Notes under the pieces: generated by a model
The model's input: the letters and a program-made list of their open reading frames with translations, nothing else
The model's database searches: none
What the model was told of the DNA's origin: nothing
Made by a program: the position numbers and the translations under genes
In this document: positions 11,836 through 24,391 of the stretch, piece by piece
Numbering within the stretch: the first letter of the stretch is position 1
Layout of the letters: the number at the start of each line of letters is the position of its first letter
Assembly (NCBI RefSeq): GCF_001194135.2
Contig: NC_068997.1
Coordinates: forward strand, 4,338,461-4,382,679
Source of the DNA: Octopus bimaculoides
Taxonomy: Eukaryota
Reading direction: 5' to 3'
DNA: 44,219 nt

Positions 11836-13652
11836 ATATGATTGGATGAGTGTTGGGAGTGGGACAGGGAGGTCTCGTGAGGGAGTGGCATTGCTGGTGA
11901 GTGAGCGTGTAAAGAAGAGTGTGGTGGAGTGGAAGGAAGTGTCTTTAAGATTAATGTGGATTAAGATGAGGTTGGGAGGAGAGGTGTGCGTGCATATGGC
12001 CCAGGGAGTGAAAGAAGTGAGGAAGAAGTAGAATAGTCCTGGAGGGAACTGACAGGGTGTGTGGATAGGGTGGGGAAAAGTGGCTATGTGGTGGTGTTGG
12101 GTGATTGGAATGCGCAAGTGGGAAACGAGGAAGTAGAAAATGTAGTTGGAAAATATGGAGTTCGTGGTCGGAATCAGAGTGGAAGGAGGTTGTTGGAAAT
12201 GTGTATGGAACAGGAGTAGGTGGTGGGGAATAGTCTTTTTAAAAAAAGTGGGAAAAGAATAAGTTCACGTGGTTTAAACAGTAATGGAGAGGGGACAGTA
12301 ATAGATAGGGCCTTGAGGAATTATATATTAATTGATAAGAGAGTGGTAGGAAGGTTGGTGGATGTGCATATATTGAGAGGTGAAGGTGGAGGAATGTCAG
12401 ATCACTTCTAAGTACAGGGTAAGTTGAAGGTATGCTCAAAATGGAATGCTAGACGAGTGACAGGGAGAAGAGAGGTTGTGAAGGTGAGTGCACTGGGTAA
12501 GAAAGAGAAGGATTAAGAGTATGTGAAGAAACTGAGGTGAATATGAAGAGGTTAAGAAACGGGAGGGAGAACATGGGGAGGAGGAATGGGAGGCTTTTAG
12601 AGAGACAGTAATGAGATGTGACTCTGAGGTATGTGGTACACGAGTGGTTGGAATGGGTGTGAGGAAAGGTAGTGGGTGGTGAAATGAGCAGGTAAAGGAT
12701 GCAGTGGCAGGGAAGCAAAGGATTTTTGAAGAAAGGGGATGGATTATGATCGCTACAGAGAAGTGAAGAGGAGAGTAAAGAGACTGGTGAGGGTGGCGAA
12801 ATGGGAGACCAGAGAAAGTTTCGGGAAAAAGTTAAGTGAAAATGTTGTAAGAAATAAAACAGATGTTTTGGAAAAAGGTACAGAGGGTGAGAAATGTAGT
12901 TGGAGGAAGAGAAGAAAGTGTGAAGGATGTATATGGAAATTTGTTGAAAGGAAGTGAGGATGTACAAAGATGGGAAGAGTATTTTAGTGAGCTGTTAAAT
13001 GTGGAGGATATTAGGGAGGCAAGTATAGTGGCTGTAAGAGGTGAGAGGAGAATGCCTGTTGTTGAGGAATGGAACTACGGTGCATTTGGGAGAGAGAAGG
13101 TGAGGGAATCCTTGCAGAAAATGACAAACCGGAAGGCGCCAGGTATAGATGGGTGTACAGTGGAAGGCCTAAAGAAAGGAGTGACAGGGATTAAATGGTT
13201 AGTGAGACTCTATGAATGTTTGTTATATGGCTGGAAGAGTACCAAAAGGACTGGTGCAGTGCCTGTATATAGCCACTGTACAAGGGAAAGGGGATAAATG
13301 TGAGTGTGGAAATTTTAGGGGTACAAGTCTGTTGTGTGGTTGGTAAACTGTATGGGAGAATTCTGATTGTTAAAGTGATGAACCAGACAGAGGGTGTACT
13401 AGGAGAGGAGCAGTGTGGTTTTAGGAGTGGAAAGGGGTGTGCAGATCAAATATTTGTAGTAAGCCAGATGTGTGAGAAGTTTTTGGCAAAAGTGAGAGAG
13501 GTGTATTGGGCCTTTATGAACCTAGAGAAGGCACATGACCGTTGGATAGGTATGCAATGTGACAGGTGTTGTGTTTCTATGGGGTAGATGGTAGATTGTT
13601 GAGAGCTGTTCAGAGATTTTATAGAGAAAGTATGGCGTGAGTTAGGGTAGGT

Positions 13653-13968
13653 GTTGAAGTGAGAGGTTGAAGTGAGAGGTTGAAGTGAGAGGTTGAAGTG
13701 AGAGGTTGAAGTGAGAGGTTGAAGTGAGAGGTTAAAGTGAGAGGTTGAAGTGAGAGGTTGAAGTGAGAGGTTTGATGTGAGAGGTTGAAGTGAGAGGTTG
13801 AAGTGAGAGGTTTGATGTGAGAGGTTGAAGTGAGAGGTTGAAGNNNNNNNNNNTTGAAGTGAGAGGTTGAAGTGAGAGGTTTGATGTGAGAGGTTGAAGT
13901 GAGAGGTTGAAGTGAGAGGTTGAAGTGAGAGGTTGAAGTGAGAGGTTGAAGTGAGAGGTTTGATGTGA
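13653..13968 (+). repeat. 13-bp minisatellite (GGTTGAAGTGAGA)n with 14-bp GGTTTGATGTGAGA variants, inside the RTE RT region
   Basis: Roughly two dozen units visible; a 10-N gap at 13844-13853 leaves the true length unknown. Confidence 0.95.
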
Positions 13969-15994
13969 AGGTGGTGTTAAGACAGGGTTGTGTGATGTCT
14001 CCGTGACTGTTTAATTTATATATTGATGGTGAGATGAGAGACGCAAATGACAGAACCCTTGGTAGGGGAGCCCAAATGGTGGGAGAAAACGGAGAGAAAT
14101 GGCAAGTGAGTCAGTTGTTGTTGTTTGCTGATGATACAGGACTAGTGGCAGATTCGGAAGAGCAACCGAGGAGACTGGTGGTAGAGTTTGGAAGAGTGTG
14201 TGAGAGGAGGAAACTGAAAGTGAATGTAGCTAAGAGTAAGGTGATGAGGTGTTTGAGAGATGGAATGACTGGTACCATGGATATGAGTAAAAATGGTGAG
14301 ATGTTAAAGAAGGTGCGTGTTTTTAAGTATCTGGGATCATATGTGATGGCGGATGGGGAGGGTGGCGGATGGGGAGGGTGGCAGAGGAGGTGGACTACAG
14401 AGTGAGGGAGGGGAGTAAGATACTTGGACTTGTGAAGGGTATGCTGAGAGATAAAAGTTTGAGTATGAAACCGAACAGAGGTGTGTTTGAGGGTGCGACA
14501 ATGTTATATGGTGCAGAGACATGGAGTCTGAGAGAAACGAAAAGGTGGCGACTAGATGTGTTTAAGATGAGATGTCTGGGGGCTATGGTTGGTGTGACAC
14601 GGATGGACATGATGAGTAATGAGGAGGTGCGAAGGCGTGCAGGAATGAGAGAAAAACTAACAACTAAAATGAAAAGACGAACGTTGAGGTGGTTTGACCA
14701 CATTAAGAGGATGGATGAGCGGGTAGTAAGGAGAGTGATGAAGGTTGAAGTGGTAGGCAGCGGAACCAGAGGCAGACCTCGGTTTGTGTGGATGGATGGA
14801 GTGAGAAAAGCTTTTGTAGTTAGAGGTGTTGGAGTAAGAGAGGCAAGGGAGTTTATAAATGATAGGAAAGCTTGGAGAGTGTTTGTGGGCGGATGAGTGA
14901 ATTTCATGTTCCTGAAAGGGGTACGGAACCAGCATGATGCGGCGAGGGTAAACCAGCATACGCTGACGGGCCTCGCCTCTTTGAGTCGAGAAATGGATGG
15001 AATACCTGATGTGCGTCTTGTCGTGGCTACCCCTCCTAAAAAGAAGGGGAATCGGCCTGGGCATTTATATATANNNNNNNNNNNNNNNNNNNNNNNNNNN
15101 NNNNNNNNNNNNNNNNNNNNNNNNNNNNNNNNNNNNNNNNNNNNNNNNNNNNNNNNNNNNNNNNNNTATTATATCATATTATATTATATTATATTATATT
15201 ATATTATATTATATTATATTAGATGTTTGGAAACGTTGGCTCTTGAAGCAAATCACATAATTCCTATAAATAATAACATGTAAAAAATTGTGTTGAAACA
15301 CACCTTGGGCAGAAACAGTCTCACAGGTAGCCTTCAACTTTTTCTATCTAATAGGGTTTTTCAACCCAATATTTATGTTTTTAGTTATAGCACTTATGTT
15401 ATATGCCACTAGGGTCAATTCTCAAAAGGATGATTTATTTGATATTTTGCTAACACAGAGATATTGCCTGAGATATGTTACAGCAGCAGAATGTGTTTCG
15501 AAATTGACTAATGGAAGAGGTTGTTTCAGTTAAACATTTAGCAATTTTCAGCTGAGTCTTTTGCAAATGACATTCAGTGTGATAAATTTATCACTTCAGT
15601 CGTAGTTAGCAGATAATGGAGACTGGATATATTATACACGTTTCCAATTTATGTAAGATAGATTCAATACAGATAAGACCGTAGTATTATTCATTTCAAT
15701 TCACGTGTACGAAGAGGTCGTTGGCCATTCTTCAAGTAAACAAGCAAAAATCCATCGCAATATGGAACATATGTACCTCTGCTATCTACGCTATATCAAC
15801 TTTCGCTCCAACATAAATTTCCGGATTATCCACACAAGGATTACTTTGCACGGATTTCTACACGGATATTTACCACTGGAATGAAACTACACTTCAAGTA
15901 CTGTTCTCTCTTTTTTCAGCACATCACACTCTTTACCACTTCATACTAAAAATATCCGCCTATGGATATAATAATAGATTACTTTATTTTTTCT

Positions 15995-16043
15995 GTCTCC
16001 GATGAAGGGAAGTACCGGATCTTCCCAGAAACAGCTGTAAGAC
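15995..16043 (+). ncRNA. Minimal type-I hammerhead-like motif (family H3, copy 1)
   Basis: gtct-CCGATGA-A-GGGAAG-taccggat-CTTCCC-A-GAAA-CAGCTG-TA-agac. Stems I and II pair perfectly, stem III is the palindrome ACAGCTGT, and the core has a U4C change. Confidence 0.5.
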
Positions 16044-16406
16044 TCTATCCATAAAATATTCCTCCAACCTTACCTTTGCTCTCTTTATCTTTTTGTCTTT
16101 ATATATTTACATATACAACCATATATATAAATAGATATATATTTACATATNNNNNNNNNNNNNNNNNNNNNNNNNNNNNNNNNNNNNNNNNNNNNNNNNN
16201 NNNNNNNNNNNNNNNNNNNNNNNNNNNNNNNNNNNNNNNNNNNNNNNNNNNNNNNNNNNNNNNNNNNNNNNNNNNNNNNNNNNNNNNNNNNNNNNNNNNN
16301 NNNNNNNNNNNNNNNNNNNNNNNNNNNNNNNNNNNNNNNNNNNNNNNNNNNNNNNNNNNNNNNNNNNNNNNNNNNNNNNNNNNNNNNNNNNNNNNNNNNN
16401 NNNNNN

Positions 16407-16451
<45 letters not shown>

Positions 16452-16662
16452 TGTAGGAGTTTATATAGATTGATAGATAGATGGGGAGAAAGAGAGAAAA
16501 TAAACAGAAAAAGAAGAATAGAAAATGAGGTAACAAAGATAAATAGATGGAGAGAGAGAGAGAAAGAGAGAAAGAGAGAAAGAGAGAAAGAGAGAAAGAG
16601 AGATAGAAAGAGAGAGAAAGAAAGAGAGAGTGAGAAAGAGAGAGAGAGTAAGAGAGAGAGAT

Positions 16663-16709
<47 letters not shown>

Positions 16710-16945
16710 GAGAGAGAGAGAGAGATGTAGATATGTAGTTAAGCAGGTACATATTCATACATGCATCATACATACATACATACATACATACATACATACA
16801 TACATACATACATACATACATACATACATACATAAGCAGGGAAGACGACCAAGCGAAAATGTCAAAGAGACAGATTATGAAGAACTATATTCTTAAGATA
16901 GAAAACGTCTTGTTTTGTTTTTATTTTTTTCGTTTTGTGCTAAAT

Positions 16946-17100
16946 ATTGTAGGATTTCTTTGGTCAATCTCTCTCTTCTCGCAGACAGTAATAATGGAAT
17001 GAATTCGTTAAAGTGTGTTAGTATTTGTGGAGAGCTTCAAAAATGGTTCCAGTTAAATATTTATTCTCTTGAACAGAGAATTTAGAATGTATTAACAATG
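16946..17100 (+). repeat. Unclassified dispersed repeat D, copy 1
   Basis: Shares an identical 31-nt core (ttcaaaaatggttccagttaaatatttattc) and flanks with 19063-19225 and 26005-26135. Confidence 0.85.
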
Positions 17101-17334
17101 ATGTCGGCATTACTAACAGAGAGCAAGAACGACAACATCGAAACAACAACAAAACAACAACAAAATAATAGTAATAATAATAACTATGATGATTATAATA
17201 ATAATAATGATATTTATAATAATGCCAACAAAAATAACAACAATAAAAATACTAACAAAATTAATAGCAATAATAAGAACCCCATAACAAAAACAAAACC
17301 AGAACAAAAATGTCAATGAAAATTATTGTATTAT

Positions 17335-17480
17335 AAGCACAAGGAGCTGAATCTGTGGAGGTCGAGGAAGTGGGGCCTAGTCGATTACATTGCCCTCAGG
17401 GATCAATCGGTTTTTATGTTATCGACCCCGAAATGGTTAAAGGCAAAGTTGGAATTTGAACTCAGAACGTAAAGACAGAT
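17335..17480 (-). mobile_element. SINE family B fragment
   Basis: Reverse complement matches 24882-25082 (ctttacgttctgagttcaaattcc..ggggtcgataa..aatcgact). Confidence 0.75.
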
Positions 17481-17504
17481 GAATAATAATAACAATAATA
17501 CTTT

Positions 17505-17690
17505 CTTGTATAGGGACAAGGCTTGAAGTTTTGGGGGAAGATGTAGGGCTGATTGATTACGTAGAATTTAGAACTTGATTGGTACGTATCTTATTTTCAT
17601 CGACCCCGAAAGAATGAAAAGCAAAGTCGGCCTCGGTGGAATTAAAATTCAGAACGTAAAGACGGACGAAATGCCAGAAAGCATTTTGTC
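17505..17690 (-). mobile_element. SINE family B copy
   Basis: Reverse complement matches 24882-25082. Confidence 0.75.
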
Positions 17691-17723
17691 CAGTGTTATA
17701 AACTTTCTGCTAGATTGCCATCT

Positions 17724-17861
17724 GAAGAAGAAGAAGAAGAAGAAGAAGAAGAAGAAGAAGAAGAAGAAGAAGAAGAAGAAGAAGAAGAAGAAGAAGAAGA
17801 AGAAGAAGAAGAAGAAGAAGAAGAAGAAGAAGAAGAAGAAGAAGAAGAAGAAGAAGAAGAA
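17724..17861. repeat. Perfect (GAA)46 microsatellite
   Basis: Seen directly; explains the poly-K, poly-S and poly-L ORFs. Confidence 0.97.
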
Positions 17862-19062
17862 TTCGTAGTAAAAAATTGAACAAAAGTTGTTTTCTCATGT
17901 TCCAAAGAAATTGGCAAAAATGAGAAACAAAGAGATGTAAAAAGTCCATGTCTGTCTATCATTTTGTGCCTGTTTGTTTTTCATGAAGGTGAGGATGATG
18001 ATGGCGACTATGATGATAAGTTGAAGTAGAAGGAGAAAGGGGCGGACCTGTCGTTATGCTTGTAGAGATCTATCGTTGCTCATGCGCGTGTTTATATATA
18101 TATTCATCATATATATGTGTGTGTGTGTGTGTCTGTATGTGTGTGCGCGCGCGCGTCTGTGTGTATATGCATATATATATATATATGTGTGTGTTAGTGT
18201 ATATATATATATTATATATATATATAATGTGTGTCTCTGTAGGAATGTATGCATTCTTGGTGGTGGTGGTGGTGGTGGTGGAGGNNNNNNNNNNNNNNNN
18301 NNNNNNNNNNNNNNNNNNNNNNNNNNNNNNNNNNNNNNNNNNNNNNNNNNNNNNNNNNNNNNNNNNNNNNNNNNNNNNNNNNNNNNNNNNNNNNNNNNNN
18401 NNNNNNNNNNNNNNNNNNNNNNNNNNNNNNNNNNNNNNNNNNNNNNNNNNNNNNNNNNNNNNNNNNNNNNNNNNNNNNNNNNNNNNNNNNNNNNNNNNNN
18501 NNNNNNNNNNNNNNNNNNNNNNNNNNNNNNNNNNNNNNNNNNNNNNNNNNNNNNNNNNNNNNNNNNNNNNNNNNNNNNNNNNNNNNNNNNNNNNNNNNNN
18601 NNNNNNNNNNNNNNNNNNNNNNNNNNNNNNNNNNNNNNNNNNNNNNNNNNNNNNNNNNNNNNNNNNNNNNNNNNNNNNNNNNNNNNNNNNNNNNNNNNNN
18701 NNNNNNNNNNNNNNNNNNNNNNNNNNNNNNNNNNTATATATATATATGCAGAGATACCATACACACACATGTAACTGCTATACATATGTATATATCCACA
18801 TATAAGCATGTATTTATATAAGTACGCATGTACATACATGTTTAGGAAAGAAAGACCGAAAGAAAGTGCAAGGGAGACAGATTATTGAAAGCTGGAACTG
18901 AATGCGTGACAGCATATTTTGCTGCTTCCTTTCTCTCTCTCTCACACACACTTTCTCTCTTTCTCTTTCTCCTCTCTCTCTTTCTCTCTCCCTCTCTCCC
19001 TCACTCACTTTCTCTTTCCCTCTCTCTCTCTCCTTATCTCTCTCTTTTCTTGACTTCTGCAC

Positions 19063-19225
19063 ATTGTAGGATTTCATTGGTCAATGAGAAGTTTTCATTC
19101 ATCGCAGACAGAGATAATGGAATGAATTCCTTAAAGTGTGTCAGTATTTGTGGAGAGCTTCAAAAATGGTTCCAGTTAAATATTTATTCACTTGAACGAA
19201 GAATTTTGAATGTATTAACGAAGAT
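19063..19225 (+). repeat. Unclassified dispersed repeat D, copy 2
   Basis: See copy 1. Confidence 0.85.
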
Positions 19226-19992
19226 GATGACGGCACTAGTGATAATGAGGGAGAAGTTGAAGCGGATTATAATGCTGGCGGTGGTGGTGGTGGTGGTGGT
19301 GGTGGTGGTGGTAGGGATGACGGTGGTGGTGACGGTGGTGGTGACTAAAATAATTAACCTTAGTTGAAGTTGTTAAATTTATCATCACNNNNNNNNNNNN
19401 NNNNNNNNNNNNNNNNNNNNNNNNNNNNNNNNNNNNNNNNNNNNNNNNNNNNNNNNNNNNNNNNNNNNNNNNNNNNNNNNNNNNNNNNNNNNNNNNNNNN
19501 NNNNNNNNNNNNNNNNNNNNNNNNNNNNNNNNNNNNNNNNNNNNNNNNNNNNNNNNGGTCGCGATGGTGGTGGTGGTGGGAGGGGAGGTAGGCGTGGTCG
19601 TCGTCGTCTTCATTCCCATCTTCATTGTCGTTGTCGACCATGAGGTGGTTCCACGCTCGTCAAAACACGGAAAACTGAAAGAACCAGAGCCCCACTACCG
19701 GGCACAGTTTAAAGTAATAATCAGGACAAAGACACACACACACACACACACACACATACACAGATGGATGGATGGATGGATGGATGGATGGATGGATGGA
19801 TGGATGGATGGATGTTTGGATACACACATATATACATGTAGTATAAAAATCTGCAAGGACTTAAGATTTAAAGGCTGATGAACAAAACCAGATGCTTTCC
19901 TTTATAGCCTTACTACCAGGGAAATGGTTGGTCAAAGTTTCCTCTAAATCAAAAAGAGAGAGAAAACATACATGCATACATACATACATACA

Positions 19993-20025
<33 letters not shown>

Positions 20026-20044
20026 GCATGCATGTATACATATA

Positions 20045-20270
20045 TAACACACTGCCTCAAAAACAATCTTGAGGAATTAGGTTTATCAAAACCAGAATGG
20101 AGTAAGTTAATTCGAAGTCTATATATCGAGTCCATCACTGGAACTGTAAAAATCACTGAAACTTTCCAGAAGATTATCTTTTAAGCATATATGAGATATG
20201 ATCATGTCTAGATATGCAACTATATACATACATTAAACAAAATATACAAATCTGCACAAATACATACGTG
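20045..20270 (+). mobile_element. 3' end of an RLE-type (R4/Dong-like) non-LTR retrotransposon, shorter copy
   Basis: THCLKNNLEELGLSKPEWSKLIRSLYIESITGTVKITETFQKIIF* plus 3' UTR; similar to 20620-20860. Confidence 0.6.
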
Positions 20271-20450
20271 CATACAAAGAAACCCTGTTGTTGATGTTGA
20301 AATTCCAATGAAGGAGCCTTGGATCTAAGTTAGGAACCGGCTCTTTCTCCGTTGGCAAGAAATCTTGAAATAAATTTCAATAATGACATACATACATACA
20401 TACATACATACATATCCACCTGCACATACATACATACATACATACATACA

Positions 20451-20484
<34 letters not shown>

Positions 20485-20489
20485 CATAC

Positions 20490-20860
20490 ATGGGATTTTA
20501 CATAAACCAAATGATCAGCGAAAAATAGTATACCTAGGCTGAACTAATGAGAAATCTGCAGCTACTCTATCCAGATTACAAGTTCAGTTTTATATCTAAT
20601 TATTGGGGCATCGGGATATGTAACACACTGCCTAAATACCAATCTTGAAAAATTAAGCTCCTCAAAACCAGAAAGGTGAAAGCTGATTCGAAGACTATAG
20701 ATCCAAGCTATCACTGGAACTATAAAAATCTGTAAAACTGTCCAGAAGTTTATCCTTTAAGTATTTATGAGCATGTCTAGACATAGATCTATACGTATGA
20801 GAATACATACATAAAATGAAACATACAATCTGCGCATATACATACATGCTTATGACTTTC
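20490..20860 (+). mobile_element. 3' end of an RLE-type (R4/Dong-like) non-LTR retrotransposon, longer copy
   Basis: EK*YT*AELMRNLQLLYPDYKF..IIGASGYVTHCLNTNLEKL..LIRRL*IQAITGTIKICKTVQKF* resembles the restriction-like endonuclease C-terminus (EK..Y..L....P.IIGALG). Confidence 0.65.
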
Positions 20861-20982
20861 TCCATCAGTAAGAAGACCACCACTAGTCACACAGACATAG
20901 ATGTACATACATACATAGGTACATATTCACATATACATATGTATACATATATATATATATATATTCTATATCTGTTTTCACG

Positions 20983-21020
<38 letters not shown>

Positions 21021-21098
21021 TGTGTTTAGATCAAAACAGTTTGATTAAACATGTAACTCCCAATAAATTTGATGAGTGCCCTTTCATTTGTTCACTCA

Positions 21099-21154
<56 letters not shown>

Positions 21155-21203
21155 TGTGCGTGTGTGTGTGTGTATGTATGTATTTATGTATGTACATGGA
21201 GCA

Positions 21204-22413
21204 AATAATTCACGAAAAAATAATCTGCGAAGATATCATTGACTCTATTATTATCTAGTGTAATAATTTTAAAATGACAACAACAGAATCAATAATATAG
21301 GCGATTGCATGCCCCCCCCCAAAACGCATTAAGTAGCTGGAGGATTAAAATTTATCAAATGACATACTTAATATGTCTACCTACTGGAAATAACAGACAA
21401 AACTCCTATTTAAATCACCAAAATACACCGATAATAACTACAGAAATCAACAGTCCGAATGCAAATGTGCTAAGACAATCTCCCAACTTACATTCGAGTA
21501 TTTGGACTCAGGGGGACCGGTTTCTGCACAGGCAAAATGCCCTCAGCTTCCTCAGCAGACGTTTCGACGATAGAGACCCCCAACCCGTCGTGTTGAAGTG
21601 TGCGCTGCAAGTGAATCCTTTTGCGCCGAAATCATGGCAGCCACCAGTGTGGAAATAATTTCATTACGGAGAAAATAATTCACGAAAAAAATAATTTGCG
21701 AAGATATCATTCACTCCGTTATTATCTAGTGTAACAATTTAAAAATGATAATAACAGGATCAATAGTATATGCGATTACAGGCCCCAAAAATACATTGAA
21801 TTGCTGAAGGATTAAAACTAAGTACTAAGTATGTCTACCTGCTAGAAATAACAGGCAAAACTCTTATTTAAATGTCCAAAATACACTGATAATAACAACA
21901 GAAATTAACTATTCGAAGGCAAACGGATAGACATACTTAGTATGCCCTTTGATTAATTTTAATCCTTCAGTTATTTAATGCTTTTTAATTTTGTTTTTGT
22001 GGTGGTGGGGCCGTAATTGCCTATATTATTGATTCTGTTATTATCATTTTAAAATTGTTTCACTAGATAATAACGGAGTGAATGATATCTTCGCAAATTA
22101 TTTTTTCGTGAATTATTTTTTTCTCGTATTGAAATTATTCTCACACTCGTGGCTGCCAAGATTTCGGCGCAAAACGAATCAGTTGCAGCTGAAGAAGCTG
22201 AAAAGGCTGAGCTATTTTGCCAGTGCAGAAACCGGTCCACCTGAGTCCAGATACTTGAATATACGCTGGGAGATTGTCTTAGCCCGTTTGTCTCCGGATG
22301 GTTGATTTCTGTAGTTATTTTCAGTGTATTTTGCCGATTTAAATCGTTTTGTCTGTTATTTCCAGCAAGTAGACATACTTAGTGTGTCCTTTGATTAATT
22401 TTAATCCTTCAGC
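21204..22413. repeat. Tandem ~460-bp unit (1.5 copies on +) joined at ~21927 to an inverted copy (imperfect ~1.2-kb palindrome)
   Basis: aataattcacgaaaaaa(a)taat..gcgaagatatcatt occurs at ~21206 and ~21675 on + and as the reverse complement at ~22080-22120. gctaagacaatctccc, ggaccggtttctgcac and ttttgcgccgaaatc recur in reverse at 22160-22290. Confidence 0.9.
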
Positions 22414-22416
22414 TAT

Positions 22417-22518
<102 letters not shown>

Positions 22519-23462
22519 ATATATATATACAGTAGAATAAGAAATAGAATGTCCTTGGTGCAGTAGGATATATTTGAAAAAATGAATAGAAATGGCTTTT
22601 CTGATAATTTTTNNNNNNNNNNATATTTCATATAATATTACATAACATGATATAATATAATATAATACAATGCATATATAATATAATACACATATATATG
22701 TATATGTATATACACATAAAGAGAGAGAGAAAGGGAGGGCATTCAACAAACAGAATGAGAGAGAGAGAGTAATGTGACTCCAGTACGCACAGTTATGTTG
22801 TGTCTACTGACCAATTTCCTGTTATTTTATGTTTTATTAATTGCGACATTTATAAAATGTCCAACGTTGAATTTAATTTCAAATCATTGTTGTTTTTTTC
22901 TTTTAATTGTCGCTATAGGTTTATATTTTATTCAGTTCTCACAATAAATTTATTTTCCTGTATAGCAATATATTGTACTTGTAAGACTAACAGACTACAC
23001 ACGTTGGAACGTGCAAAGTTTTTGGCTGGTCGTGACTTCCTAAAGAATGAAATAATACAAGATAACTTAAGGTGTATTCTTATCAGTGTTCCGATTTCTA
23101 CACCTCCATCTAGTCAGGTGCATAGGTGGTGAAATTAATATATAAAATTAATAATTGTATTTTATCATTTATTGTCTTTTGTAAAAGTTATATAGCTTTA
23201 CAAATATCCTGCGTAAATTGATAAGCGAGAGAGACGAATACAAAATATCCCATCAGTAGTACCGGCAAAAATAAAAGAGAATTATTTATATTTCTGTATG
23301 AAAACCATGATCTACAGCTAGGCCTTAATCATGCTAACACGTACTGACTGCATCAGTATTAGCCAATTTAGAGAGTAGAGGCGATGAAACAACCGATACT
23401 GCTCCACTGTATTATAATTTCAGTCATCATACCTCAATTTTTTTTATGTATTAGCTTGTATT

Positions 23463-23650
23463 TACGAGAGTGAGTCAAAAAGTAATACAGTTTTAGGCTC
23501 ATGTTCGTATCTAGTCTTTACCATTGCGGCTTCCCCAGAAGGAAGTTATTCCCTTTCTTGTAATACTGTATCAAGCAAGCTGACCTGTAGAAGCTTCAAA
23601 ATGAAGTGTTTTTCACGAAAACTGGTCATTAACTTTCCAGGCAGGTATTT
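23463..23650 (+). mobile_element. Mariner-type 5' end relic (TIR plus decayed transposase start)
   Basis: TA-cgagagtgagtcaaaaagtaa is a mariner-like TIR; MKCFSRKLVINF at ~23601 resembles a mariner N-terminus. No partner TIR found. Confidence 0.45.
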
Positions 23651-24391
23651 ACTGTAAAAGTTTTGGCAACAGGAAAATTTGCCGTATTAATTTAATTTTG
23701 CAGTAACAATTTTTGTCACATGTATTTTTAACGTTTATTTTCTTGCTGTTAAATAACCTAACCTCTATATTTACAGAGCACAAAATGTACGTTGTTTCGA
23801 CTTGCAAGTCAAGTTCATCGTGTGCTTGTTAAGAACAAAATAATTCACATGCCAAATCAATAAGAACAATAACGTAGTTAACTAATAATGCGTTTTAAAC
23901 ATTATCATCGTTAGTGTGTCTATGATTTTGTTTTTATCTTTCAATGGGTCCTTTTTATTGTTTTGTTTTGTGTTTTTTTTAATTTGACAAAGTTCATAGT
24001 TTCTTACAAGTAGACCACGTACTAAACTCTCATTCAATGTGAGGAGAAATAAATCTTCTGAACTTTATTCAGACTGGTTTTTACCGACGCAAGTCATCAC
24101 TTATTTCGCAGACATTTAAGAAAACATTTTCAAACATTATTACAATAACTAATGAGAAAATATGTAAAAAAAAAAAAGTTTAAAGTTCTTTATTAAAAAT
24201 ATGGAAGAAAAGAAATATTAGTAATTATGTTTTCTAAAAATTCATAATTACTGAAGCTTAATTTAACTTCGAAGATGCTAATGATAAGCCAACCAAAGTA
24301 ATTTCAAAATGCTGTTGCTATTGAATACTTTTACTCTTTAAATACTTCCATTAACGCTGAACACCGTCTTTCTTTAAACTATATATAAGTA

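Larger units (their letters stand above)
11630..15065 (+). mobile_element. RTE-clade non-LTR retrotransposon, near full length, degenerate
   Basis: APE motifs VLGSWNVCG, EGVALLV, LGDWNAQVG, SDHF. RT motifs GEEQCGFRSGKGCADQIF, AFMNLEKAHD, LRQGCVMSP, LLFADD, LKVNVAKSKVM, FKYLGS. C-terminal LYGAETW, WFDHIKRM, RGRPR..WMD. Many stops and frameshifts; short 3' UTR ending in (TA)n. Confidence 0.93.

Noticed and set aside
13653-13968. CRISPR-like array
   Set aside because: Head-to-tail 13-bp units with no unique spacers, in a eukaryotic retroelement; also applies to the ~460-bp units at 21.2-22.4 kb.
23026-23041. tggtcgtgacttcct, nearly identical to 37188-37203 inside the FERM relic (second JAK fragment?)
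   Set aside because: The flanking translation at 22800-23130 shows no further JAK motifs; a ~15-nt match can be chance or an unrelated small repeat.
23520-23583. 63-nt minus-strand exon-like segment (SACLIQYYKKGNNFLLGKPQ)
   Set aside because: It lies within the mariner-like 5' relic starting at 23463, so the splice-like signals are probably incidental.
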